A stretch of 64,000 nt of DNA from assembly GCA_030390025.1 (NCBI GenBank), contig JASTWF010000035.1, positions 62,001 through 126,000 of the forward strand, read 5' to 3'. The notes beneath the pieces are model-generated. The model had not been told where the DNA came from, did not search any database, and worked only from the letters and a program-made list of their open reading frames with translations. Shown here one piece after another: positions 45,748-59,690 of this stretch. Source of the DNA: Squalus acanthias. Lineage: Eukaryota. How positions within the stretch are numbered: the stretch's first letter is position 1; each line of letters opens with the position of its first letter. The translations under genes were made by a program, and so were the position numbers.

Positions 45748-47657
45748 CTACTTTTTGCCCTTCGAGGGTGATCTCCTTCCCTTGCGCACTTCCCCCCTTC
45801 TAACCCTACTGCTCCTCCGTAATGGGACCTCAGTGGCTGCAGCAAGGCTGGTGGAAGGCTGCTGCTTGTCAGACCCTGACACTGCAGATGCCCCTGAAGG
45901 ACGGCCTCGACCACTTCTGGGCCTGGAGGGCCCGGCTGCAGACTGCACCAACTCTGCATGGGCGGCAGCAGTCTGTCCTACAGGCGGTGGCAAGTGCAGT
46001 GGAGAAGTGACAGTGTTGGCAGCAGGAATGCTGTCATCGTGAGAGAGGACAGCAACTCCCTGCTCGCCCGACACACTGGCACTCCCACGGGGCAGCACTT
46101 CAGCATCCGGAGCAATTTGCCGGAGAACAGATTGCTGGCCTGCTGCGGCGCGGTGACAGCCCCGGGGACATGTGCACGAACCATCGAGGATGGCAGCAGT
46201 CAGTGCTCGCGTGGCCTCAATCTGAGTCTGCATGAGAGCAGTCTCAGATGGGTTCCTGGCAGCCAGTGACTGAATTGCAGCACTAAGCTTTAGTGTGGCA
46301 TCCGCCTGTGCTACAGCGAAGTGCTCCACACTCCTTGCCAGTGCCTCAATGCATTCGGGCACCCTTCCCACTGCACCCATGAGCTCAGTGTGCATGCCCA
46401 CCGCCTGGCTGTTCATTTCTGCAATCAGCCGCTCCTCCTCTGCGTCCATTGCATTAGGAGTGTCTGGCATACTCTCCCTCTGGGGAGAAGGCTCCCGTTC
46501 TTCCCTCCCCCCCCCATGGCGTGGCTGCAGCCCGCTGGGTCCTGGAGCTTCACCATCATCAGCCCCTTCCCCCCTGCTCCCCCGTTCTTCCCTCCCCCCC
46601 CAATGGCGTTGCTGCAGCCCGCTGGGCCCTGGAACTTCACCATCATCAGCCCCTTCCCCCCTGCTCCCCTCCGGGGAAGGCGTGTTCCCAGTGTGGCCAT
46701 GGGCTTCCTCGGGAGAGGGTGGCACTGATGCTCCGGCTTCCTCTTCCTCCTCAGCTGCAGCATCACTCCCAGTGGCAGCTTCAGGGACCATCTCCTCAGC
46801 TGGTGAATCACCATCTGAAAGCAGGGAGGTACAAGAGTGGCTTTAGCGTGAGGACAGGGTGGCAGTAAGGGAGGAATAAGTGCAGCGAGTTAGCAAGTTG
46901 GATTGAAAGTGTCAAAGGCTGGTATTGTGAGGGACAAGTGGAAGGACAGAGGACAAAAAGGTGATGACCTTACCATTGCTGTCCACAACGGGGTTGGCGT
47001 CCCCAGTGGCGACGGGACCGATCACCCGGCTTGCCACAATCCTGTGGACGCGCTCCTCCAGATCGCTGAGGGGTTGCAGCTGAAGCCGCCCTCCACCCGT
47101 CCGTTGCTGCTATCTCCGATTATGAGCCAGCTTAGCCTGCAAGAAAAAGGACAGCATCTGAGTCAATATACAGCCATGGTCTTGCCTGATGTGCCTCCCA
47201 TAGGTGAATAGCCCTTACAATATGCAGCCATGGTCTTGCCTGATGTGCCTCCCATAGGTGAATAGCCCTTACTGTATGCAAAGTGTGGAATGTGTGTGTG
47301 TGTTTGATGAAAGGGCCATAGGTGTTGCATGAGTGTTGTGCATTGGGGTTTTAAGACCCTCTGGCCATAGAGTGAGGTTGAGATGGAGGGATGGAGAGGT
47401 ATTGAGAAAAAGCCACTCACCCTGACGACCCGAGTGAGGTCGTTGAACTTTTTGCGGCACTGAACATGGGTCCTGGGCACCATGCTCCTGGAGGAGACGC
47501 TCTGAGCCACCTCCCTCCACACTCTTCTGAACTCGCGTGGCAAAGGCCTCCTGCCACTCTCCGGGAACAGCATGCATCGTCTGCGCTCCACTGCGTCAAC
47601 CAGAGCATCCAAGGCCCGCTCGGTGAAGCGATGAGCGCGTTCTCTCACCCTCTCCAT
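45748..47657 (-). pseudogene. Harbinger Myb/SANT-like DNA-binding partner, 3 exons (47421-47657, 46974-47136, 45748-46814), one premature TAG
   Basis: RFTERALDALV...WREVA...RTHVQCRKKFNDL; canonical GT/AG with consistent phases (0, 1); exon 2 reads AKLAHNRR*QQRTGGG (stop at 47110-47112). Confidence 0.82.
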
Positions 47658-50163
47658 GCTTGGCAGCAAAATGGATTACAGGTCTCTCCAGGCTGAGATT
47701 CAAGGCTGCAATGAGCAGGGTGTGGCTGGGGAGCAAGTGGCCCCCCCCGCTTTAAGAAGTGTCCGGCGCCAGTGTGTCTGTGTTCCCTCGCTAACTGGCA
47801 GCAGCTGCGCTGCGCTCGTGCGCTGAGGTAGCGCCTCAGTCCTAGGCCTTTGCGCCTTAAGAGAGGTGTGCAGCGCCTAATTTAGCGCTCCACTCACCTC
47901 CCGGGGCGGTAAAAGTGAAGTTTCCTGTCAGTGCCGATAATTAGCGCCAGGCGCTAATATTTGCGCGCGGACGATATTTGCGCCCCAAATGGGGCGCGAC
48001 CTAATTTCTACCCCTTTGTGTCTGTCTTCACGGAAGAAGACGCAAAAAACTTCCCGGAAATAGTGGAGAACCAAGGGTCTAGCGAGAATGAGGAACTGAA
48101 AGAAATTAGTATTAGTAAAAAAGTACTGGAGAAATTAACGGGACTGAAAGCCAACAAATCCCCTGGACCTGATGGCCTACATCCTAGGGTTTTGGAAGAG
48201 GTGGCTATAGAGATAGTGGATGCATTGGTTGTCATCTTCCAAAATTCCATAGATCTAGAACGGTTCCTGCGGATTGGAAGCTAGCAAATGTAACCCCACT
48301 ATTTAAGAAAGGAGGGAGAGAGAAAACGGGGAACTGCAGACCAGTTAGCCTGACATCAGTAGCAGGGAAAATGCTAGAATCTATTATTAAGGATGTGGTA
48401 AGAGGGCACTTAGAAAATAATAATTAGATTGGGCAGAGTCAACACGCAATTATGAAAGGGAAATAGTGTTTGACGAATCTGATAGAGTTTTTTGAGGTTG
48501 TAACTAGCAGAATAGATAAGGGGGAACCAATGGATGTGGTGTATTTGGATTTTCAGAAGGCATTTGATAAGGTGCCACACAAGAGGTTATTAAACAAAAT
48601 TAGGGCTCATGGGATTGGGGGTAATATACTAGCATGGATTGAGGATTGGTTAACGGACAGAAAACAGAGAGTAGGAATAAACGGGTCATTTTCGGGTTGG
48701 CAGGTGAGGTACCGCAAGGATCAGTGCTTGGGCCTCAGCTATTCACAATCTATATCAATGATTTGAATGAGGGGACCAAATGTAATATATCCAAGTTTGC
48801 TGCTGATACAAAGCTGGGTGGGAATGTAAGTTGTGAGGAGGATGCATAGGGGCTTCAAGGGGATATAGACAGGCTAAGCAAGTGAGCAAGAACATGGCGA
48901 ATGGAATATAATGTGGAGAAATATGAAGTTATCCACTTTGTTAGGAAAATTAGAAAAGCAGAGTATTTTTTAAATGGTGAGAGATTGGGAAATGTTGGTG
49001 TTCAGAGGGACCTGGGTGTCCTTGTACACGAATCACTAAAAGTTAACATGCAGGTACAGCAAGCAATTAGGAAAGCAAATGGTATGTTGACCTTTATTAC
49101 AAGAGGATTTGATTATAAGAGTAAAGACATCTTACTGCAATTATATAGGGCCTTGGTGAGACCACACCTGGAGTATTGTGTACAGTTTTGGTCTCCTTAC
49201 CTAAGGAAGGATATACTTGCCATAGAGGGAGTGCAGCGAAGGTTCACCAGACTGGTTCCTGGGATGGGGGGATTGTCCTATGAGGACAGATTGAGTAGAC
49301 TAGGCCTATATTCCCTAGAGTTTAGAAGAATGAGAGGTGATCTCATTGAAACACAAAATTCATACAGGGCTTGACAGGGTAAATGCAGGGAGGATATTTC
49401 CCCTGACTGGGGAGTCTAGAACCAGGAGTCACAGTCTCAGAATAAGGGGTCGGCCATTTAGGACTGAGATGAGGAGAAATTTCTTCACTCAGAGGGTGAT
49501 GAATCTTTGGAATTCTCTACCCCAGAGGGCTGTGGAGGCTCAGTCGTTGAGTATATTCAAGACAGAGATCGATAGATTTTTGAATATTAAGGGAATCAAG
49601 GGATATGGGGATAGTGCAGGAAAGTGGAGTTGAGGTAGAAGATCAGCCATGATCTTATTGAATGGCGGAACAGACTCGAGGAGCCGAATGGCCTACTCCT
49701 GCTCCTATTTCTTATGTTCTTAAACAAACAAATTATTAAGTTGCACACGGCAAGGTCAGACCTGCTCTATAACGTATTACTTACTAGATTTGATTGAGAA
49801 AAGAATGTGCTCGGCGTAGAGCCAAGCAATCAGGAAATGATCAGAAGACTGTTTGAATACAATGCTGGTCTTGCAAGCGACGCCCATAATCTGAGAATTT
49901 TTTTAAAAAGACTATCAGAAAACAGACATACAGTCCCCACAGTGCTGTATCAGGGATGTTTTACAGCAGGATTTGTTATAGAAGAAAGAAAGAAAGACTT
50001 TCCAAAGCGCTTTACAGCCAATGAAGTACTTTTTGAAGAGTAGTCACTGTTGTAATGTGGGAAACGCGACAGTCAATTTGTGCACAGCAATGTGATAATG
50101 ACCAGATAATCTGTTTTTGTTATGTTTGAGGGGTAGATATTGGCCAGGACATATATAGGAAAG

Positions 50164-50582
50164 GTGTGTTGTAGCGGAGGGGAGTGTTGCAGAGGAGGGG
50201 AGTGTTGTAGAGGAGGGAGGTGTTGTAGAGGAGGGAGGTGTTGTAGAGGAGGGAGGTGTTGTAGAGGAGGGAGGTGTTGTAGAGGAGGGAGGTGTTGTAG
50301 AGGAGGGAGGTGTTGTAGAGGAGGGAGGTGTTGTAGCGGAGGGAGTGTTGTAGAGGAGGGAGTGTTGTAGAGGAGGGAGTGTTGTAGAGGAGGGAGTGTT
50401 GCAGAGGAGGGAGGTGTTGCAGAGGAGGGAGGTGTTGCAGAGGAGGGAGGTGTTGCAGAGGAGGGAGTGTTGCAGAGGAGGGCGTGTTGCAGCGGAGGGA
50501 GTGTTGCAGCGGAGGGAAGTGTTGTAGAGGAGGGCGTGTTGTAGAGGAGGGCGTGTTGTAGAGGAGGGCGCTTTGTTGTAGC
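50164..50582. repeat. Minisatellite, ~18-bp unit (TGTTGTAGAGGAGGGAGG)
   Basis: Directly visible. Confidence 0.95.
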
Positions 50583-50689
50583 GGAGCCAGAGATGGGAGT
50601 ACATTTGGGGAATCGGGGGGGTGCTGGGGTGGTGCTTACGGTTGGTGAGGGGCTCGAGGAATGTGTCTGGAATAATTGAGTGAGAGAGG

Positions 50690-50875
50690 GATGATGGGAT
50701 GGAGCGCTGGTAAAGTTCTGGTGACATTCTGCCCTCCTTCCGAGGCCAAGATATCCTTTCTAAGGTGCTGCGCACAGAACTGCTCACAGTGCTCCAGATG
50801 TCGTCTAACCAGGGCTTTGTACAGCTGCAGCATAACTTCCTCCCCTTTATAGTCCAGCCCTCAGTTATAAAGACT
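50690..50875 (-). mobile_element. Small CR1 RT fragment
   Basis: MLQLYKALVRRHLEHCEQF...LRKDILA. Confidence 0.7.
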
Positions 50876-50920
50876 GACTAAATCTGGGAATAAAAAGCTG
50901 GTATCAGTAATGGTGACAAT

Positions 50921-51658
50921 GGCCCAAAAATTCGTGAGGAAGCCTTCGTGCGAGGGTAAGGCTTCCCCGCGATCTCTCACTGCGCGTTGGCTTTTTCAGT
51001 TCCAGCTCGCACGAACTTGATGTTCTGGACAGCTGCTGGGCAGTGCTTGCGTATCCCACAGGCGCAGTTAATTCGTGCGAGCTGTGGGATCACGTGACTC
51101 AGTTAGAGCCAATGGCAGCACACCATCTTCCATTCATAACTTTCACATAAGTGCTGTGAAAGCTATGAATACTATAGCCCCCCAAAAGAACAGCTAAACC
51201 TCAATTAAATTTAAAAAAAAATCACATTAATAAAATAAGTATAGTTAAATAAATTAACCATTTTAAATAAAAAATTAAATTTTTGAAAATATTTAAAATC
51301 TTTTAAAAAGTTATAAAAATAAACTTACCTGTCTTTAAAGTCTCTAAAAAAGATATACCTGTTAAAAAAAATTCAAAATAATACTTAATTCACTACTTAC
51401 CTTGTTAAAAGTGGGTCTTACTCCTCCTTTTTTTATGTGTAAAATCTTCCGTACTTACCTGCGCGTTGAAACCACTAAGTGCACAGCGTGCGCGCAGCCT
51501 GTAGCGCGCACGCGGTTCACTTAGGAACCGCCCCCTTTTCCATTCACCAAGTGCCGGTTTTCAGCGCATGCGCAGTGCATGCAGAAAACCGGCAATTGGA
51601 GACAATACGCGAGAGTACGCAGTGCGTACTCTCGCGTATCAACACAAATTTTTGGGCC
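50921..51658. mobile_element. MITE, second copy (738 bp, inverted relative to 10657-11396)
   Basis: TIR GGCCCAAAAATT, TSD AAT. Confidence 0.9.
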
Positions 51659-52099
51659 AATGTAACTACCTGATTGTTGTAAAAACCCATCTGGTTCACT
51701 GATGTCCTTTAGAGAAGGAAATCTGTCGTCCTTACCCAGTCTGGCCTATATGTGACTCCAGACCCACAGTGATGTGGTTGACTCTTAGCTGCCCTCTGAA
51801 ATGGCCTAGCAAGACACTCAGTTGTAGCAAAACGCTACAAAGAGTAACAAGAATAAAACCGGCTTTGACCTAGTCATCGGCTTCAGATACGACAAAGGTA
51901 CACCCAGCCCAGTCGACCCTGCAAAGTCTTTCTCACTAACATCTGGGAACTTGTGTCAAAATTGGGAGAGCTGTCCCACAGACTAGTCAAGTGACAGCCT
52001 GACATAGTCATACCCACAGAATCATACCTTTCAGCCAACGTCCTAGACTCCTCGGTCACCATTCCTGGGTATGTCCTGGCGATTCTGTATCTATTTACT

Positions 52100-52141
52100 T
52101 CACCTGAGGAAGGGGCAATCGATAGCTCCGAAAGCTTGTGA
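52100..52141 (+). ncRNA. Minimal hammerhead ribozyme motif (Penelope-like fragment)
   Basis: TCAC-CTGAGGA-AGGGGC...GCTCC-GAAAG-CTT-GTGA. Confidence 0.6.
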
Positions 52142-52231
52142 TTTCAAATAAAACTGTTGGACTATAACCTGGTGTTGTGCGACCTCTCAATTTTGTCCAC
52201 CCCAGTCCAACACCGGCATCTCCGCATCATG

Positions 52232-53295
52232 ATAACTAACCGAAACCAGAGAGTCGGAATAAATGGGTCATTTTCAGGATGGCAAACTGTAACTAGTGGG
52301 GTGCCACAGGGATCAGTGCTGGGGCCCCAACTACTTACAATCTATAATAATGACTTGGATGATTTGCTGACGATACAAAGATAAGTAGGAAAGCAAGTTG
52401 TGAGGAGGACACAAAGAGTCTGCAAAGGGATATCGATAGGTTAAGTGAGTGGGCAAAAATTTGGCAGATGGAGTATAATGTGGGAAAATGTGAAGTTATC
52501 CACTTTGGTAGGAAGAATATAAAAGCAAAATTATACTTAAATAGAGAGAGACTACAGAATGCTGCGGTACAGAGGGTCCTGGGTGTCCTCGTACATGAAA
52601 TACACAAAGTTAGCATGCAGGTACAGCAAGTAATTAGGAAGGCAAATGGAATGTTGGTCTTTATTGCAAGGGGGATGGAGTATAAAAGTAGGGAAGTCTT
52701 GCTACAACTGTACAGGGCGTTGGTGAGACCACAGCCGGAGTACTGCGTACAGTTTTGGTCTCCTTATTCAAGGAGGGATATACTTGCATTGGAGGCAGTT
52801 CAGAGAAGGTTCACTAGGTTGATTCCTGAGTTGAAGGGGTTGTCTTATGAGGAAAGGTTGAACAGGTTGGGCCTATACTCATTGGAGTTTAGAAGAATGA
52901 GAGGTGATCTTATTGTAACATATAAGATTCTGATGGGGCTTGACAGGGTAGATGCAGAGAGGATGTTTCCCCTCGTGGGGGAATCTAGAACTAGGGGGCA
53001 TAGTTTCAGAATAAGGGGTCATCCATTTAAAACGGAGATGAGGAGGAATTTCTTCTCTCAGACGGTCGTGAATCTTTGGAATTCTCTACCCCAGAGAGCT
53101 GTGGAGGCGGAGTCATTGAATATATTCAAGGCGGAGATAAACAGATTTTTGAAAAACAGGGGAATCAAGGGTTATGGGGAACGGGCAGGAAAGTGGAGTT
53201 GAGGCGAAGATCAGATCAACCATGATCTTATTGAATGGCGGAGCAGGCTCAAGGGGCCGAATGGCCTACTCCTGCTCCTGTTTCTTATGTTCTTA
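52232..53295 (+). mobile_element. 5'-truncated CR1 LINE
   Basis: ORF 52468-53202 carries the RT C-terminus; very similar to 5336-7425. Confidence 0.9.
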
Positions 53296-55989
53296 TGTCC
53301 TGTCCCACTGGCAGGACAGACCCACCAAAGGTGGCTGCACAGTGGAACACAGTCAGGAGGGAGTGACCCTGGGAGTCCTCAAAATTGACTCCGGACTCCT
53401 TAAAGTCTCATGGCATCAGGTCAAGCATGGGCAAGGAAACCTCCTGCTGATTACCACCTACCGCCCTCCCTCAGCTGATGAATCAGTACTCCTCCATGTT
53501 GAACACCACTTGCATGAAGCAGTGAGGGTAGCAAGGGCACAGAATGTACTCTGGGTGGGGAACTTCAATGTCCATCATCAAGACTGGCACAATAGCACCA
53601 CTACTGACTGAGCTGGCCGTGAAGGACATAGCTTGCAGACTGGGCCTGCAGCAGGTGGTGAGAGAACCAACAGGACGGAAAAACCTACTTGACTTTGTCA
53701 TCACCAATCTACCTGTCGCAGATACATCTGTCATGACGGTATTGGTAGGAGTGACCACTGCACAATCCTTGTGGAGTCGAAGTCTCATCTTCACACTGAG
53801 GACACCTTCCATCATGTTGTGTGGCACTACCACCGTGCTAAATGGGATAGATTCAGAACAAACCTAGGAGCTCAAAACTTGGCATCCACAAGCCTCTGTG
53901 GGTCATCAGCAGCAGCAGAATTGTAATCAACCACAATCTGTAACCTCATGGCTTGGCATACATCACTGCAGGACAGTGTCCTAGGCCCAGCTACCTTCAG
54001 CTGCTTCATCAATGACCTTCCCTCTATCATAAAATCAGAAGTGGGGATGGTCGCTGAAGATTGCACAGTGTTCAGTTCCATTCGCAATTCCTCAGATAAT
54101 GAAGCAGTCCATGTCCGCATGCAGCAAGACCTGGATGACATTTAGGCTTGGGCTGATAAGTGACAAGTAACATTCGTGCCACACAAGTGCCAGGCAATGA
54201 ACATCTCCAACAAGATAGAGTCTAACCACTTCCCCTTGACATTCAACAGCATTACCATCGCCGAATCCCCCACCATCAATATGCTGGGGGTCAGCATTGA
54301 CTAGAAACTTAACTAGACCGGCCACATAAATACTGTGGCTATAAGAGGCTGGGTATTCTGCGGCGAGTGACTCGCCTCCAGACACCCCAAAGTCATTCCA
54401 CCATCTACAAGGCACAAGTAAAGAGTATGATGGAATACTCTCCACTTGCCTGGATGAGTGCAGCTCCAACAACACTCGAGAAGCTCGACACTATCCAGGA
54501 CAAAGCAGCCCACTTGATTGGCACCCCATCCACCACCTTAAACATTCACTCCCTCCACCACCGGCGTACCGTGGCTGCAGTGTGTACCATCTACAAGATG
54601 CACTGCAGCAACTCGCCAAGGCTTCTTCAGCAGCACCTCCCAAACCCCCCACCTCTAACACCTAGAAGGACAAGGGCAGCAGGCGCATGGAAACACCACC
54701 ACCTGCGAGTTCCCCTCCAAGTCACACACCATCCTGACTTAGAAATATATCACCGTTCCTTCATCGTCGCTGGGTCAAACTCCTGGAACTCCCTCCCTAA
54801 CAGCACTGTGGGAGTACCTTCACCACACGGACTGCAGCGGTTCAAGAAGGCAGCTCACCACCAGCTTCTCACGGTCAACTGGGGATGGACAAAAAATGCT
54901 GGCCTTGCCAGCGACGCCCACATCCCATGAATGAATAAAAAATATCCTTCACTCCTCCATCACCATCAAGCCAGGGGACCAACTCTGATTCAATGAGGAG
55001 TGTAGAAGAGCATGCCAGAAGCAGCACCAGGCGTACCTAAAAATGAGGTGCCAACCTGGGGAAGCTACAACACAGGACTACATGCATGCTAAAATGCGGA
55101 AGCAGCATGCTATAGACAGAGCTAAGCGATCCCACAATCAACGGATCAGATCAAAGCTCTGCAGTCCTGCCACATCCAGTCTTGAATGGTGGTGGACCAT
55201 TAAACAACTGAGGGGAGGAGGAGGATCCACTAACATCCCCATCCTCAATGATGGTGGAGCCCAGCACATGAGTGCAAAACACCAGACTGAAGCGTTTGCA
55301 ACCATCTTCAGCCAGAAGTGCCGAGTGGATGATCCATCTCGGCCTCCTCGTGAGGTCCCCCTGTGCCAATCTTCAGCCAATTCGATTCACTAAATCTAGT
55401 CATTTATGGGCTGGCAGCAGTAAAAAAATGACCATGAAAACTTTCGGATTGTTGTAAAAACCCAACGGGATCACGACTGTCTCACGGGGAAAGAAACCTG
55501 CCACCCCGATTGGTTGACTCTTAGCAAGGCACTCAGTTGTAAAAATGATCAGTGGCGATCTTTAACAGTTACGCTTGTGTGAAGCACCTTGGGATCTTTT
55601 TTCTACGATAAGGGCACGATATTAACGCCAGTTGTTATTGTCATTGTTATTACGAGGCCCCCACAGGACCCATTGCCTTCTTAACGTAATAACTGCCCGT
55701 GTTACGCACATCCCAAGAACGCATTAAAAAAAACTTTTAGTGTGCACTTGCTGCAGAGGGACGTGGGATTTAAGGTGATGGTCCCCTTCTCAGGACTCTG
55801 CATGATCCCCATTTCTGTGACATTGCCCCTTTAACAAATCTAAACTTTCTTTGCAGTTCATAAACAATAGTAGGTGATCCAAAAAACGTTTCCAAACAAG
55901 TTACCGGTCAAACCGGTATGTTTGGAAAATATTCAAAGTACAATCAGTTGGACTCTGTACTCTGCCTCAGTTGAAATAATCCTGGCATC

Positions 55990-56167
55990 ATGGAGCTGTC
56001 TCTGCTCACCTCCCTGCTCATTTCACTCGCCTCTCACCCTGTTTGGCTCATCGTTTCAGTTATCCTGTATCTCGTTGTCCGGTTGCAAAGGAGAAGATGG
56101 TGGAGACCGAGAGAGTGTCCAGTGGATCTCACTGGGAAAACGGCCATTGTCACTGGAGCTAACACAG
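55990..56167 (+). CDS. Exon 1 of RDH-like SDR paralogue B (membrane anchor and start of the Rossmann fold)
   Basis: ATG in gcatcATGG; MELSLL...VDLTGKTAIVTGANT-G; gtaag donor, phase 1. Confidence 0.92.
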
Positions 56168-56303
56168 GTAAGAGTCTGCAGCAGTTTGGCTCAGTCAGTA
56201 ACACTCCCCCTCCCTCCGAATCAGAAGGTCACGGGCTCAAGCCCCACTCGAGGGCTTCAGCCCCATAATCCAGGCTGACCTTTCAGTGCAGTACGGAGGG
56301 AGT

Positions 56304-59300
56304 CACTGAACGGCTGCAGGGCATTCTGAAGGGGGAGAGCGAACAGTCAGAGGTCATGGTTCACATTGGTACCAACGACATGGGTAGAAAGAGGGATGAG
56401 GTCCTGCAACAAGAATTTAGGGAACTAGGTAGCAGATTAAAAAGTAGGACCTCAAAGGTTGTAATCTCTGGATTACTCCTGGTGCCATGTGCTAGTGAGT
56501 ATAGGAATAGGAGGATAGAGCAGATGAATGCGTGGCTAAAGAGTTGGTGCAGGAGGGAGGGCTTTAGTTTCCTGGATCACTGGGTCTGTTTCTGGGGAAG
56601 GTGGGACCTGTACAAGTCGGATGGGTTTCCCCCGGAACGGAACGGGACCAACATCCTTGCGGGGAGATTTGCTAGTGCTGTTGGGGGCGGGGTTTAAACT
56701 AACTTGGCAGGGGGATGGGATACGGAGTGGAGCTATAGTAGAGGGTGATGCACAGCCAAATATAGAGGAAAAACAAGTCAGTCTGGAAGGCAGAGCAAAT
56801 ATGTAACAGGCCAAGGGAGTATGGCAAGTCTAGATGGCATTTATTTTAATGCAAGGAGTCTTACGAGTAAGGCAGATGAATTGAAGGTGTTGATGAACAC
56901 ATGGGAGTATGATATTGTTACTATCACAGAGACATGGTTGAGGGAGGGGCAGGACCAGCAGCTCAATATTCCGGGGTATAGAATCTTCAGGCGAGGCAGA
57001 GGGGGGTGTAAAAGAGGAGGGGGTGTCGCAATATTAATCAAGGAGTCAATTACTGCTGGAAGGAGGGATGATATCTTAGCAGGTTCCTCTAATGAGGCCA
57101 TATGGGTAGAACTTAAAAACAAAAAGGGGGCAAGCACTTTGCTGGGAGTGTACTATAGGCCCCCAAACAGTCAGGGGGAGATAGAAGAACAGATATGTAG
57201 GCAAATCTCAGAGAAGTGTAGAAATAATAGGGTAATAATAGTAGGGGATTTCAACTTCCCCAATATTAACTGGGATAGTCAGAGTGTGAAAGGCTTAGAG
57301 GGTGCGGAATTCTTAAAGTGCATCCAGGAGAGCTTTTTGAGCCAGCATGTAGAAAGTCCTACAAGAGAGGGGGCGGTACTGGACCTAATTCTAGGGAATG
57401 TAGCCGGGCAAGTGGTAGAAGTGTCAGTAGGAGAGCATTTTGGTGACAGTGAACATAATTCGGTGAGATTTAAGGTAGTCATGGAAAAGGACAAAGATGG
57501 ACCAGAAATAAAGGTTCTAAATTGGGGGAAGGCCGATTTTAATATGATAAGGCAGGATCTGGCCAAAGTGGACTGGGATCAGCTACTTGTAGGAAAATCC
57601 ACATCAGAGCAGTGGGAGTCATTCAGAAAGGAAATAGAGAGAGTACAACGCCAACATGTTCCCGTAAAGGTCAAGGGTGGGACCAACAAGTCCAGGGAAC
57701 CCTGGATGTCAAGGGATATACAAGAATGGATTAGGAAAAAAAGGGAGGCTTTTGGCAGATACAAAGGCCTAAAAACAGTGGAAGCCCTAGAGGAGTATAG
57801 AACGTACAGGGGGGTACTTATAAAAGAAATTAGGAGAGCGAAGAGGGGGCATGAAAAAGCACTGGCGGGCAGAATAAAGGAAAATCCCAAGGTGTTTTAT
57901 AAGTATACTAAGGGCAAGAGGATAACCAGGGAAAGAGTAGGGCACATTAGGGACCAAAGTGGCAATCTGTGTGTAGAGCCGCAAGATGTAGGTGAGGTTT
58001 TAAATGAATATTTTGCATCTGTGTTCACTATGAAGAAGGACGATGTAGGCATAGAAATCAGGCAGGGGGATTGTGATATACTTGAACAAATTAGCATTGA
58101 GAGGGAGGAGGTACTAGCGGGTTTAAAAGTGGATAAATCCCCAGGCCCAGACGAGATGTATCCCAGGCTGCTGTGTGAGGCAAGGGAGGAGATTGCAGGG
58201 GCTCTGACACAAATTTTCAGAACCTCTCTGGCCACAGGGGAGGTGCCAGAGGACTGGAGGACAGCTAACGTAGTACCATTATTCAAGAAGGGTAGTAGGG
58301 ATAAACCAGGGAATTACAGGCCAGTGAGCCTAACATCAGTGGTAGGGAAATTATTGGAAAAAATTCTGAGTGACAGAATTAGTCTCCACTTGGAGATACA
58401 AGAATTAATCAAGGATAGTCAGCATGGCTTTGTCAGGGGGAGATCATGTCTAACCAGTTTGATTGAATTTTTCGAGGGGATGACTTGGTGTGTGGATGAG
58501 GGTAGTGCAGTTGATGTAGTCTACATGGACTTCAGTAAGGCTTTTGACAAAGTCCCGCATGGGAGACTGGTTAAGAAGGTAAGAACCCATGGGATCCAGG
58601 GCAACTTGGCACATTGGATCCAAAATTGGCTTAGTGGCAGGAGGCAGAGGGTGATGGTCGAAGGTTGTTTTTGTGACTGGAAGCCTGTGTCCAGTGGTGT
58701 ACCACAGGGATCGGTGCTGGGTCCCTTGCTGTTTGTAGTGTACATTAATGATTTAGATATGAATGTAGGAGGTATGATCAGTAAGTTTGCAGATGACACG
58801 AAAATTGGTGGAGTGGTAAATAGCGAGGAGGGAAGCCTCAGGCTACAGGATGATATAGACGGGTTGGTCAAATGGGCAGAACAGTGGCAAATGGAATTTA
58901 ACCCTGATAAGTGTGAGGTGATGCATTTTGGAAGGACTAACAAGGCAAGGGAATACACAATGAATGGTAGGACCCTAGGAAGGACAGAGGATGAGAGGGA
59001 CCTTGGTGTGCATGTACATAGATCCCTGAAGGCAGCAGGACAGGTAGATAAGGTGGTTAAGAAGGCATATGGGATACTTGCCTTCATTAGCCAAGGCATA
59101 GAATATAAGAGCAGGGAGGTTATGATGGAGCTGTACAAAACGCTAGTTAGGCCACAGCTGGAATACTGTGTGCAGTTCTGGTCGCCACACTATAGGAAGG
59201 ATGTGATTGCATTGGAGAGGGTGCAGAGGAGATTCACCAGGATGTTACCTGGGCTGGAGCGTTTCAGCTATGAAGAGAGACTGGACAGGCTGGGGTTGTT

Positions 59301-59690
59301 TCCCTTCGAGCAGAGAAGGTGGAGGGGGGACCTGATTGAGGTGTACAAAATTATGAGGGGCATAGATAGAAAGGAACTTTTCCCCTTAGTAGAGGGGTCA
59401 ATAACCAGGGGGCATAGTTTCAAGGTAAGGGGCAGGAGGTTTAGAGGGGATTTGAGGAAAAACTTTTTCACCCAGAGGGTGGTTGGAATCTGGAACTCAC
59501 TGCCTGAAAGGGTGGTAGAGGCAGGAACCCTCACGACATTCAAGAAGCATTTAGATGAGCACTTGAAACGCCATAGCATACAAGGCTACGGACCAAGTGC
59601 TGGAAAATGGGATTAGAATAGACAGGGCTTGATGGCCGGCGCAGACACGATGGGCCGAAGGGCCTCTTTCTGTGCTGTATAACTCTATGA
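56304..59690 (+). mobile_element. 5'-truncated CR1 LINE with intact ORF2 (56821-59616, 931 aa), inserted in a SINE in intron 1
   Basis: Uninterrupted APE+RT ORF; partial esterase ORF1 at 56356-56697; SINE halves flank it. Confidence 0.95.

Larger units (their letters stand above)
43806..48014. mobile_element. Complete two-gene PIF/Harbinger DNA transposon (4209 bp)
   Basis: TIRs GGGGTAAAAATT / AATTTCTACCCC; TSD TTT; convergent transposase and Myb/SANT genes. Confidence 0.93.
43643..49720 (+). mobile_element. Decayed CR1 LINE, 5' part missing, interrupted by the Harbinger transposon
   Basis: ESKLARDIKTDCKSFYRYV...LNKYF then VSVFTEED after 48017; several stops; 3' tail at ~49715. Confidence 0.88.
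51662..55392 (+). mobile_element. Fragmented non-LTR element (same family as 7962-15300) with nested insertions
   Basis: APE motifs (TTYRPPSAD, WVGNFNVHH) and RT 3' end (YKAQVKSMMEYSPLAW); interrupted at ~52079-53295 and by its own 3' fragment (53963-54942). Confidence 0.7.

Noticed and set aside
57279..59579. Numerous antisense ORFs over CR1 ORF2s
   Set aside because: Shadow frames recurring over every CR1 copy; no independent motifs or signals.
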